From Vulcanimicrobiota bacterium (lineage in GTDB: Bacteria > Vulcanimicrobiota > Vulcanimicrobiia > Vulcanimicrobiales > Vulcanimicrobiaceae), in NCBI GenBank assembly GCA_963777315.1, contig CAVZQC010000004.1, forward strand, positions 872,231 to 936,230: 64,000 nucleotides of DNA, read 5' to 3'. Below, piece after piece: positions 19,582 to 28,559 of the stretch; position 1 is the stretch's first letter, and each line of letters begins with the position of its first letter. The notes under the pieces were generated by a model. That model saw only the letters and a program-made list of their open reading frames with translations. It made no database searches and was not told the origin of the DNA. The position numbers and the translations under genes were made by a program.

Positions 19582-21385
19582 CTATTCGCCCCTCTTTACG
19601 TGCTCTTCCGTCTTGTGCGGAATGACGCCGGCGAAGATTTGCTTGATCGACTCTTTGAGCATGCCGCCTTCTTGCGGGTCGCCTTGACGCGCGGCATTGA
19701 GGAAGTTTTCCGCCTGCTTCATCGAGATGTGCGGAGGCAGAGTGGCGACGTTGCCCGACGTGACGGCTTCGAACACCACCGGACGATCCGCGCTCAGCGC
19801 GTCGCGCCAGCCCCGTTCGACGTCCTCGGGCGATTTGACGCGAATGCCTTTGAAGCCCAAGGATTCCCCGAACGCGGCGTACGGAAAGTCCGGCAGCTGC
19901 TGGGTGCTCACGTTTTCGGGATTACCCGAAAGGATGCGCATCTCCCAAGTCACCTGGTTCAGATCCTGATTGTTGAGCACCAAGAAAATGATCCGCGGAT
20001 CGCTCCAGGTCTTCCAATACTTCTTGACCGTGAGCATCTCGTTCATCCCGTTCATTTGGAACGCGCCGTCGCCGGGCAACGCGATCACCACGCGATCCGG
20101 AAAGGCGAACTTCGCGCCGATCGCATAGGGGACCGCCGAACCCATCGTGGCCAGCGTGCCCGACAGCGAGATCTTCATGCCGCGGCGCACCATGATGTGC
20201 CGGCCCAGCCAATTCGTCGGCGTTCCGGCATCGCCGGTGAGGATTGCGTTGGCGGGAACTTGATCGTTCAGCTCGGCGAACAGCAGACTGCGGATTGAGC
20301 GGGTCGGCGCTCTGATGCGCGCGCTCGCGCTCGACTTCGTACCACTCGTCCTTATTCTTTTTGATGCTCTGCCGCCACGAACCATCGTCCTTTTGGTTCA
20401 AATGCGGCAGCAGCGCGGACAGCGTGTCGGCCGCGTCGCCGATCAGGTTGACGTTGGTGGGATAGCGCAGCCCGATAAAACGCGGATCGATGTCGATCTG
20501 AACCGCCGGCACGGAGCCGTCTTTGGGCAGAAACTCCGCGTACGGGAAATTGGTTCCGACCATCAGCAGCGCGTCGCACTCGTTCATGATGTCCGAGCTG
20601 GGCCGCGTGCCCAACAGGCCGATCGTTCCGGTCACCCAGGGCAGGTCGTCGGGGAGCACGTCTTTGCCCAGCAGCGCCTTGGCGCAGCATGCCTGCAATT
20701 TGTCCGCAACGGCGACGATCTCGTCGGCTGCATTCTTCGACCCGGCGCCGACGATCATCGCGATCTTCGTTTGACCGTTGAGAATCTCGGCGGCGCGCTG
20801 CAAATCGTGCAGGCGCGGGATGATCATCGGCGCAGAATACCCAACGCCGCTGTGAATCGTGTTGTGCTTGCGGGCCGGCTCGGAGAAATCTTCTTCCTGC
20901 AGGTCTTTGGGAAAGATGACGGTCGCTACGCCGCGCATTCCCATTGCGACGCGGCACGCGCGATCGACGATGTGCCTGGTGGAGCTCGGATTCATGATCG
21001 TGGCGTTGTAGTCGCTCACGTCCTTGAAGAGCGTCTGCAGATCGACTTCCTGCTGATACGAGCCGCCCATCGCAGTCGTTGCCGCTTGGCCGACGATCGC
21101 CAGCACCGGGGCGTGATCGCCTTTGGCATCGTACAGACCGTTGAGCAGATGAATTGCGCCCGGCCCGGAAGTGGCCATGCAAACGCCCAGTTCGCCGGTG
21201 AACTTGGCATGCGCGCACGCCATGAACGCGGCCATTTCTTCGTGTCTGGCTTGGATGAACTGAATCTTGTCCGTAAAATCTTCCAGCGCTCCCAACATTC
21301 CGTTGATGCCGTCGCCGGGGTACCCATAGATGCGCTTTACGCCCCAGTCCACGAGCCGCTGCAGCAAAAAATTGCTTGCTTTCAC
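19582..21385 (-). pseudogene. Thiamine-pyrophosphate-requiring protein (pyruvate oxidase/PoxB-like), split by one extra base at ~20287
   Basis: YGYPGDGING, RHEEMAAF, TSGPGAIHLLNGLYDA in one frame. TPP motif GDGAFQMNG...LNNQDLN lies in the next frame. Removing one base restores NPQ-LLFAEL. Confidence 0.85.
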
Positions 21386-21425
21386 AGGTTGTTTGTCCGC
21401 CTTTTACTGAGAGATATCTTCAGTC

Positions 21426-21451
21426 TTACCACGGGCGGTTGTACAGCAAAC
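21426..21451 (-). promoter_or_regulatory. Putative SigB/SigF-type promoter of the TPP-enzyme operon
   Basis: Minus strand GTTT-N16-TGGTAA about 40 nt upstream of the start. Confidence 0.4.
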
Positions 21452-21489
21452 GACGCCCGGCGAGCGAGCGCGCGCTTCAGGTGAGGCGG

Positions 21490-22278
21490 CTACTGCGTCG
21501 AACCGATGCGGCGAATCAGCAGCACGAGCAGTCCGATGCCGAAGGCCCACGTGACGAAGCCTTCGGAAACGGGCCCCCAGTTTGCCAGCTGCATGCCGCC
21601 CGGATTATATTTGGCGCGCTGCAGGTAGCGGATGTACGCGATCAGATCGTTCAGATGTGAATCGTCGATGATCGCCGGCCCGAAGCGCGGCATCACGTCG
21701 GGTCCGGTGCGAACTGCTTCGGCGATTTGCAGCGGATCCGAGTCCATCAAGTCCGGAGCCACGTCGAGATAGCCCACGGAATCCCCGCGTCCCGTGGCGG
21801 CGTGGCATTGCTGACAGTTTTCTTCATAGACTTCGCGTCCGCTGCGCAGCATGTCGTTCGAGGCGTGCGCAAGCGTGGGAATCTGCACCGACGGCAGCTT
21901 TCTGTTCCCGGAGGAGCGCGACATCACGAACTCGACCAGCGAATCGATCTGTGCCCGGTTGAATGTCGGCGCTTTCTGGTATTCCTGCTCGAACGGAACC
22001 GACGCCGGCATGCGGCCCGTGCGAAGCTGAAAATCCACCGACGCGGCATCCACGTCGATCAGCGGGGGTCCTTGCGCGGTGCCCTGCTCGTTCAAGCCGT
22101 GACAGGATGCGCAGTGCACGTTGAAGATCTGCTCGCCTTGCCGTAGATCCGCAATCGAGGGATGCTCGGCAAACGTCGGACTGCGCGTCGCGGCGGGCGT
22201 AGGGGTAACCAGCACGTTGCCCGAGGAGGGAACGGTCGCGCTCTGCATGAGGACGATCAACGCGTATGCCGCGATCAC
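21490..22278 (-). CDS. qcrC: Diheme cytochrome c subunit of the bcc complex
   Basis: Two CxxCH motifs (CASCH, CQQCH), FQLRTGRMP, GPDVMPRF, C-terminal GPVSEG plus TM. Confidence 0.88.
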   Translation of the reverse strand: MIAAYALIVLMQSATVPSSGNVLVTPTPAATRSPTFAEHPSIADLRQGEQIFNVHCASCHGLNEQGTAQGPPLIDVDAASVDFQLRTGRMPASVPFEQEYQKAPTFNRAQIDSLVEFVMSRSSGNRKLPSVQIPTLAHASNDMLRSGREVYEENCQQCHAATGRGDSVGYLDVAPDLMDSDPLQIAEAVRTGPDVMPRFGPAIIDDSHLNDLIAYIRYLQRAKYNPGGMQLANWGPVSEGFVTWAFGIGLLVLLIRRIGSTQ

Positions 22279-23051
22279 GATTCGGCAGCCGCTCCGCCGC
22301 GTTCGGCGATTGCCCACGCCGCAGCCGTAAGCATGAAGGCCGTGAACAGCAAAAAACCGCCCGCGATCCACATCACCGCGCCGCCGTTTTGCTGATCGGC
22401 CAATGCCAAACCGGGCGTTTGCTCCAGCAGATAATGCGGATAGAGCACTCCGCGCGCGGCGTAGATCGCAAGGCCCAAGAACGCGCCCTGCGGGATCGCC
22501 AAAAAGACGTATAACATCCGCGCCGGGAACGGCACCGGGCGCGGGACGTATCCCACCTGCACGACCACGCCCCAAAACAAAAACGCAGCCCCCAAAAACA
22601 GCACGTGCTCGACCACGTGCACGCCCGGATAGTCGAGTGCCGATTCGTACAGCGGTGAGAAATGCGATCCCCACAGCACCGCCACCATCGCCAGCCATCC
22701 GGTCAGCGGCGCAAAGATCACTTGCCCGAGGCCGCTGTGCGCGAAACCCGTAATGCGCCGGGCGACCCGCGCGGGCGGCACGGCAACGAGCAGCAGCAGG
22801 GGCGCGCCCAAAAGAATCAAGGGCGGCGCGATGAGCAGCAAAGTCACGTGCTGCACCATGTGCGAGGCAAACGAACGCTCTGCCAGCGCATCGATCGGCG
22901 GCAACAGCGCCAGCGTGAGCAGTGTGACGCCCGCGACATATGCGGCGACGCGCGCAAAAGTAAACGCGCGATCCGGAAAGCGTGCGTTATACGTTTTGAC
23001 GGCCCACAGGTACGCGGCGATCGCGCCCGTGCCCAGCGCGATTGCAATCAC
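22275..23051 (-). CDS. ctaG: Cytochrome c oxidase assembly factor (caa3-type CtaG)
   Basis: FASHMVQHVTLLLIAPPLILLGAP, HVVEH, DQQNGGAVMW. Confidence 0.88.
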   Translation of the reverse strand: MIAIALGTGAIAAYLWAVKTYNARFPDRAFTFARVAAYVAGVTLLTLALLPPIDALAERSFASHMVQHVTLLLIAPPLILLGAPLLLLVAVPPARVARRITGFAHSGLGQVIFAPLTGWLAMVAVLWGSHFSPLYESALDYPGVHVVEHVLFLGAAFLFWGVVVQVGYVPRPVPFPARMLYVFLAIPQGAFLGLAIYAARGVLYPHYLLEQTPGLALADQQNGGAVMWIAGGFLLFTAFMLTAAAWAIAERGGAAAES

Positions 23052-24412
23052 AACACCGGCTCCTCTTCGTAGCCGCCTTCGGGCGTGCGCCGCAGCCGAA
23101 CCCGCTCGGCTTGGTGCGAGCCGCCGCGGTTTTTCAACTCGGCCGCCATAGCGTAGGCGATCCAGAATCCGACGACCGGAGCGACTACGCAAAAGAACCG
23201 GTAGCCCCACACCATGTCGTTGATCGGAAGGTGCAGATACCGCGCCTGCACGTCGTCGCCTCCGGCCAAAAACAATCCGAGCATGAACAGGAAAAACGCT
23301 ACGCCCAGGCCGGTTCGAACCGGCGCGTCGCGCGGCCGGTCCAGCAGATGGTGCTGCTTATGATCTCTGCGCAGCAGCGCTTCGGCGAACGGATACGCGA
23401 ACAGCCCAAGCATAATGACGAACGGAAGAACTATGCCGGGCCAGAAGGGCGACGGTATCATGTGTCCGGGGAAGTGGATCGCCCAGCGTGGACCGATGCG
23501 CAGCGCACCCTCCAGCCAGCCGATGTACCAGTCCGGCTGTGCGGGTGAAATCGCTTTCCAGGTTTGATACGGTCCCCACAGCCAGATGGGATTGATCTGT
23601 ACGAATGCCCCCAGCGTGCAGCACACGGCAATAACGCCCATTTGCAGAGCGATCGATTTTGCCGTGTAGTGCGGGAACAGCGGCGATCCGACGACGTTTT
23701 CTTGCGTGCGCCGGGGCCCGGGGAATTGCGTATGCTTTTGGCGCCACAGGATCATCAAGTGCACGGTAATGCCCAGCGTAATGAGCATCGGCACGACGAA
23801 CACGTGCATGACGAACAGCCGCTGAATCAGAATCTCCGTCGGCCAAACGCCGCCGATCAGGAAGAAGGTCGCCCAGGTCCCGATCAACGGCAGCGACTGC
23901 AGGATCGACACCGCGATCCGCAGACCGATCCCGCTGAGCAGATCGTCGGGCATCGAATATCCGGTGAAGCCCTCGAACATGGCAGCGAACAGCAGCAGCA
24001 CGCCGATGACCCAATTCAGCTCGCGCGGACTGCGGAAAGCCCCGGTGAAAAAAATGCGGCCCATGTGCACGACGATGCCGGCTACGAAGATATTCGCAGC
24101 CCAGTGATGGATCTGGCGAATCAGCAGCCCGGCGTTGACGGCAAAGCAAATGTGCAGCACCGAATCGTACGCTTCGCTCATGCGCGTGCCGCGCAAAAAC
24201 GCGTACGGTCCCTCGTACACCACGTTGGCGTGCCCGGGGACGAACCACAACGCGAGGAACGTGCCCGTCGCCAGGAGCACGATGAACGCGTACATGTTGA
24301 TCTCGCCCAGCATGAACGACCAGTGGTCGGGAAACGCCTTCTTGAGCGCGTGATGCAAAAACGTACCGGTTCCGAACCGGTCGTCTGCCCATAGCAAAAG
24401 CCGTTGTATCAC
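23048..24412 (-). CDS. qcrB: Cytochrome b subunit of the bcc complex
   Basis: FPDHWSFMLGEI, RQIHHWAA, FRSPRELNW, GYSMPDDLLSG, QPDWY. Confidence 0.95.
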   Translation of the reverse strand: MIQRLLLWADDRFGTGTFLHHALKKAFPDHWSFMLGEINMYAFIVLLATGTFLALWFVPGHANVVYEGPYAFLRGTRMSEAYDSVLHICFAVNAGLLIRQIHHWAANIFVAGIVVHMGRIFFTGAFRSPRELNWVIGVLLLFAAMFEGFTGYSMPDDLLSGIGLRIAVSILQSLPLIGTWATFFLIGGVWPTEILIQRLFVMHVFVVPMLITLGITVHLMILWRQKHTQFPGPRRTQENVVGSPLFPHYTAKSIALQMGVIAVCCTLGAFVQINPIWLWGPYQTWKAISPAQPDWYIGWLEGALRIGPRWAIHFPGHMIPSPFWPGIVLPFVIMLGLFAYPFAEALLRRDHKQHHLLDRPRDAPVRTGLGVAFFLFMLGLFLAGGDDVQARYLHLPINDMVWGYRFFCVVAPVVGFWIAYAMAAELKNRGGSHQAERVRLRRTPEGGYEEEPVL

Positions 24413-25230
24413 GAGTGCTCCCAGAATCCCGGGCCGACGGGCTGGGGAAAATCGCCGCCGGCGCGCAGGTAGCCGTCGGCCGAAAGCTCGAGCGGCAATC
24501 GCGGCAGCGGATGGTCCGCGGGTCCCGTGACTACGCTGGCATTGTCCGCGACGTCAAAGACCGATTGGTGGCACGGGCAGATCAGACGATGATCGGCCGA
24601 GCGGTACAGCGCCACCGGGCAGCCGGCGTGCGTGCACATCTTAGAGTATGCGATCAGACCGTCGAGCGTGTTCTCGCCGACGCCGTCGGGCAGACGAATC
24701 AACACGGTCATCGATTGTGAATCGCCGATGCTGCCCTCCGGAAACACGGTAACCACGCCGTCGACGTTGACGTCGCCCGCTTTGACGATGGAACCGTCCG
24801 GGCGCTGCAGTCGCATGCCCCGCTTCCAGCGCGTGTGGAACAGCGCATCGTCGGGCTCGGGCCCGAGCGACCCAACCGGGAACAGCGCCGCCAGCCCAAA
24901 TAGGCCGGCTGCGCCGTACAACATGCGCGTGAGCCAGGTGCGGCGCGTGAGCTGCGCGATGCCGTGCTCGTAGGCCTCGACCATTTGGGCGCGTTCTTCC
25001 ACGGGCTGCGGATACGTGTCGCGCAAATCCACGACTTGCTCGTGCGTGAGGATCCAGCGTGCCCAGCCCAGCGCGGCAATCATGAAACCGGCAAAAACGA
25101 CGGCCAGCGCAAACCCCTCCCACTGGATGCTCATCTGCTTGGCGAACGCAATCATGAAGCCGACGCTGCCCGCCATGGAGAGCAACAGGGCGGCCGCTAT
25201 TGCGCGCTCGCGAACGTTGGGCTCGTTCAT
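24409..25230 (-). CDS. qcrA: Rieske iron-sulfur subunit of the bcc complex
   Basis: CTHAGC and CPCHQS Rieske motifs, three N-terminal TMs, C-terminal PVGPGFWE. Confidence 0.93.
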   Translation of the reverse strand: MNEPNVRERAIAAALLLSMAGSVGFMIAFAKQMSIQWEGFALAVVFAGFMIAALGWARWILTHEQVVDLRDTYPQPVEERAQMVEAYEHGIAQLTRRTWLTRMLYGAAGLFGLAALFPVGSLGPEPDDALFHTRWKRGMRLQRPDGSIVKAGDVNVDGVVTVFPEGSIGDSQSMTVLIRLPDGVGENTLDGLIAYSKMCTHAGCPVALYRSADHRLICPCHQSVFDVADNASVVTGPADHPLPRLPLELSADGYLRAGGDFPQPVGPGFWEHS

Positions 25231-25796
25231 CGGATCCAGTACACCGTGGAGTAAATACCGAACCACATTACCGTCACGAAGTGCCAGTAGTAACTAACGG
25301 CTTCGGCCCCGCCGTGCTGGTCGGCGCGGAACGTGGGCGAACGCAGGCCCAAATACAAGCCGAGCAGCATGATCACGCCGACGACGACGTGCAGCAGGTG
25401 AAAGCCGGTGATCGTCAGATAGGTTGCGGCGTAGGCGCCGGTATGGAAGTTGAAGTTTTGGCTGGAGTATCCGTGCATCGCCACGCCGATGTAGCCCAAT
25501 CCCCCGACGATAGCGCCGTACAGCCACCCGTAGGCGGCTTTGAAATTGCGCCGGCGCAACGCGCGCAGCATCGGAAACATCATCAAACTGCTGGAGATCA
25601 GAAATGCCGTGCCGAACGCCGGCCCCAGTTCATCCAGATGAACGTACGGCGGAGGCCAGACCGCACTGGTGGATTTGAGATCGTAGTACGTAGCGAAGAG
25701 CGCCGAAAAGAACATCGTTTCCGACGCGATGAAAATGACGGTTCCCAGCACCACCGGGTGAGCGCGGTACGACAGCGGCAATTCGTGACGCGCCAA
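25227..25796 (-). CDS. ctaE: Cytochrome c oxidase subunit III
   Basis: FIASETMFFSALF, TGFHLLHV, YYWHFV. TTG start with AAGGAG RBS. Confidence 0.92.
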   Translation of the reverse strand: MARHELPLSYRAHPVVLGTVIFIASETMFFSALFATYYDLKSTSAVWPPPYVHLDELGPAFGTAFLISSSLMMFPMLRALRRRNFKAAYGWLYGAIVGGLGYIGVAMHGYSSQNFNFHTGAYAATYLTITGFHLLHVVVGVIMLLGLYLGLRSPTFRADQHGGAEAVSYYWHFVTVMWFGIYSTVYWIR

Positions 25797-25848
25797 TGCG
25801 AGCACTCCTTTCGTGCAAGCCGATTGCGGCTTTTGTACCCGAGCGAAC

Positions 25849-25876
25849 GGTTTCCTATCGGATATTGCGTGGGTAA
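25849..25876 (+). promoter_or_regulatory. Putative SigB/SigF-type promoter for ctaCDF
   Basis: GGTTT-N17-GGGTAA, 12 nt upstream of the ATG. A GGGTAC on the minus strand (25840-25835) may serve ctaE. Confidence 0.5.
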
Positions 25877-25888
25877 GTAGCGCACGAC

Positions 25889-26548
25889 ATGCCGATTCTG
25901 AATCCGGCCTCGGTTCAGGGATGGGACCTTCGCGGCGTTTGGTACATCTTCTTCGGCGCCGCAATGTTCATCGCCGTCATCGTTTACGGGCTGATCTTCC
26001 TCGTTCTGGTGCTGTGGCGAAAACGCCGCAACGACGACGGTTCCCTGCCGCCCCAGTTCCACAGCAATCCGGGTATCGAGATCACGGGCGTGGTCGTGCC
26101 GCTCATCATGGTGATCGGTTTGTTTTACGTCACGTACATCCGCGAAGGCGTCGTCGACTTTCTGCGGCCCAACCCGTACGCGGTCGTCGACGTGACCGGG
26201 TACCGCTGGGCCTGGCAGTTTCGCTATCCCGGACATCACATTACGATCAACGGCACCTCGCACAATCCGCCGGTGCTGGTCATGCCGCTGGGCAAGATGA
26301 CGCAGATTAACTTGTACTCATCGGACGTCGTCCACTCGTTCTGGGTTCCGTCGTTTCTGTTCAAGCGCGATGCAACGCCGGGATACACGCAGCACTTTGA
26401 CGTTACGCCCAGCCAAACCGGAGAATTCCACGGCTTGTGCGCGGAGTATTGCGGGTTGAATCACGCGCTGATGACCTTCACCGTGAAGGTCGTTCCGGCG
26501 GCGGACTACAACCGATGGCTGGCTTCCGGGGGAGCCGCGACGGTATGA
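25889..26548 (+). CDS. ctaC: Cytochrome c oxidase subunit II
   Basis: Two TMs, GYRWAWQFRYP, DVVHSFWVP, CuA motif CAEYCGLNHALM. Confidence 0.95.
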   Translation: MPILNPASVQGWDLRGVWYIFFGAAMFIAVIVYGLIFLVLVLWRKRRNDDGSLPPQFHSNPGIEITGVVVPLIMVIGLFYVTYIREGVVDFLRPNPYAVVDVTGYRWAWQFRYPGHHITINGTSHNPPVLVMPLGKMTQINLYSSDVVHSFWVPSFLFKRDATPGYTQHFDVTPSQTGEFHGLCAEYCGLNHALMTFTVKVVPAADYNRWLASGGAATV

Positions 26549-28131
26549 TCTATCGCCTGACCTCGACCAATCACAAATCGATCGGCATCCTCTATATTTC
26601 CACGACGTTCTTCTTTTTCGTGGTCGCCGGCATTCTGTCGCTGCTCATCCGGCTTCAGCTGGCGCACCCCGACAACGCCGTTCTCACGCCGCACTCGTAC
26701 AACGAAATATTCACTCTTCACGGAACGGCAATGATCTTCTTGGTCATCGCGCCGTTTGCGTTCGGTCTGGGCAACTATCTGGTGCCGCTGCAGATCGGCG
26801 CGCCCGACATGGCGTTCCCGCGCCTGAACCTGCTGGGCGTGATGCTCTTCATCATCAGCGGCTTCACCATCTTCGCCGGCGTGTTCGCCCAGGGCGGAGG
26901 CGCCTCGGCCGGTTGGACGGCCTATGCGCCGCTTTCAGAGATACAGAACGGCACGGGCGCGGGACAAGATCTCTGGATTATCGGCCTGCTCATCAACAGC
27001 GTCGCGACGATTATGGTGGCGATCAACTTCGTGGCGACCATTCTGCTCTATCGCGCGCCCGGTATGACGATGTGGCGCATGCCGATCTTCACTTGGGAGA
27101 TGCTGGCGACCTCGCTGCTGATTCTCATGGCGTTTCCGCCGCTGGCCGCGGTGCTGAGCGAACTGCTGCTCGCGCGCCATTACGGCGCCCACTTTTTCGA
27201 TCCGCAGTTCGGAGGTAACGCGATCCTGTATCAGCACCTCTTTTGGTTTTTCGGACATCCTGAAGTCTACGTCATGATCCTGCCGTATTTCGGCGTGGTG
27301 ACCGAAGTCGTTTCGGTGTTTTCCGGCAAGCCCGTCTTCGGTTACGTCGGCCTAGTGCTCTCGGCTTTTGCGATTGCCGGACTGTCGATGGGAGTTTGGG
27401 CGCACCATATGTTCGCAACCGGAGCGGTCGCGAACGGATTTTTCTCGGGCATGTCGTTTTTGATCGCCGTTCCGACCGGGGTGAAGTTTTGGAACTGGAT
27501 CGGCACGATGTGGCGCGGCAAGATTCGGCTGACGACGCCGATGCTCTTTACGATCGGATTTTTGTTGAACTTCCTGATCGGCGGCGTGACCGGCGTTATG
27601 GTTGCATCGCCGCCCATCGACTACCACGCCGAGGACAGCTACTTTTTGGTTTCGCACTTCCACTACGTGCTCGGGGGCGGATCGATGTTCGCCGTCTTCG
27701 CAGCGCTCTTTTTTTGGTGTCCGAAAATCTTTGGGTTCAAACTCAACGAAACGCTGGGGAAGATCACGTTCTGGACGATGTTCGCGGGGTTCAACCTGAC
27801 CTTCATGCCGATGTATTTCATGGGGATCGAAGGCATGCCGCGGCGGGTGTTCACCTATCCGGCTACCGGCGATCTGCCCTGGCTCAACGCGCTTGCATCC
27901 GTAGGCGCGGGGATCATGACGCTCGCGGTCATCGTATTCGTTCTGAACGTGATCGTTTCAAAATTGGCGCACGAGAAGGTTGCCGACGATCCGTGGGGCG
28001 GCGCGTTTACGCTGGAATGGGCGACGTCTTCGCCCCCGCCGGAGTTCAATTTTCACGCCCTGCCGCCCATTCGCTCCGAGCGGCCGGTGTGGGACTTGCA
28101 CAACCCCGAGTACGCGCAGCAGAAGGCATGA
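26545..28131 (+). CDS. ctaD: Cytochrome c oxidase subunit I (A1 type)
   Basis: HGTAMIF, DMAFPRLN, YQHLFWFFGHPEVY, VWAHHMF, HFHY, GMPRR. Confidence 0.97.
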   Translation: MIYRLTSTNHKSIGILYISTTFFFFVVAGILSLLIRLQLAHPDNAVLTPHSYNEIFTLHGTAMIFLVIAPFAFGLGNYLVPLQIGAPDMAFPRLNLLGVMLFIISGFTIFAGVFAQGGGASAGWTAYAPLSEIQNGTGAGQDLWIIGLLINSVATIMVAINFVATILLYRAPGMTMWRMPIFTWEMLATSLLILMAFPPLAAVLSELLLARHYGAHFFDPQFGGNAILYQHLFWFFGHPEVYVMILPYFGVVTEVVSVFSGKPVFGYVGLVLSAFAIAGLSMGVWAHHMFATGAVANGFFSGMSFLIAVPTGVKFWNWIGTMWRGKIRLTTPMLFTIGFLLNFLIGGVTGVMVASPPIDYHAEDSYFLVSHFHYVLGGGSMFAVFAALFFWCPKIFGFKLNETLGKITFWTMFAGFNLTFMPMYFMGIEGMPRRVFTYPATGDLPWLNALASVGAGIMTLAVIVFVLNVIVSKLAHEKVADDPWGGAFTLEWATSSPPPEFNFHALPPIRSERPVWDLHNPEYAQQKA

Positions 28132-28559
28132 AAACGTTCGTCGGGCTGTTCTTCAGTTCGGCCGTTTTCGGCGCGACGATTTCCATCGTCTACTGGTTTG
28201 CCTCGCGCGACTACGCCGGAACGCTTATGCTGGGTTTCATGTTTTGCGGTTTGGGCTTTGCGGCGGGCTACGCTATGCTGGCCGAAAAACACTCCAATCT
28301 CGAGGGCGACGATCCCAAACTGCAGCACAAGGCCGCCGCATCGCAAGACGTGGGTATCGTAACGAAGGAAACGCCCTGGCCTGCCGCGCTTGCGTTTAGC
28401 ATTCTCTGGTTCTTCATCGGCCTCGTGTGGTCGGATTTCATGCTCTTTACCGGCATTGCGGCCATACTGCTGTGCCTATGGCGTCTGGGAGCCGAAAGCG
28501 CTCGCGTCGGCGAGCAAGAATCCGGGATGATCGACGAGCATTCCCGCCGGACCCGGTAG
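28128..28559 (+). CDS. ctaF: Cytochrome c oxidase subunit IV (actinobacterial CtaF-like)
   Basis: Small ~4-TM ORF (MKTFVGLFF...DYAGTLML...TPWPAALA) with ATGA overlap on ctaD. Confidence 0.72.
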   Translation: MKTFVGLFFSSAVFGATISIVYWFASRDYAGTLMLGFMFCGLGFAAGYAMLAEKHSNLEGDDPKLQHKAAASQDVGIVTKETPWPAALAFSILWFFIGLVWSDFMLFTGIAAILLCLWRLGAESARVGEQESGMIDEHSRRTR

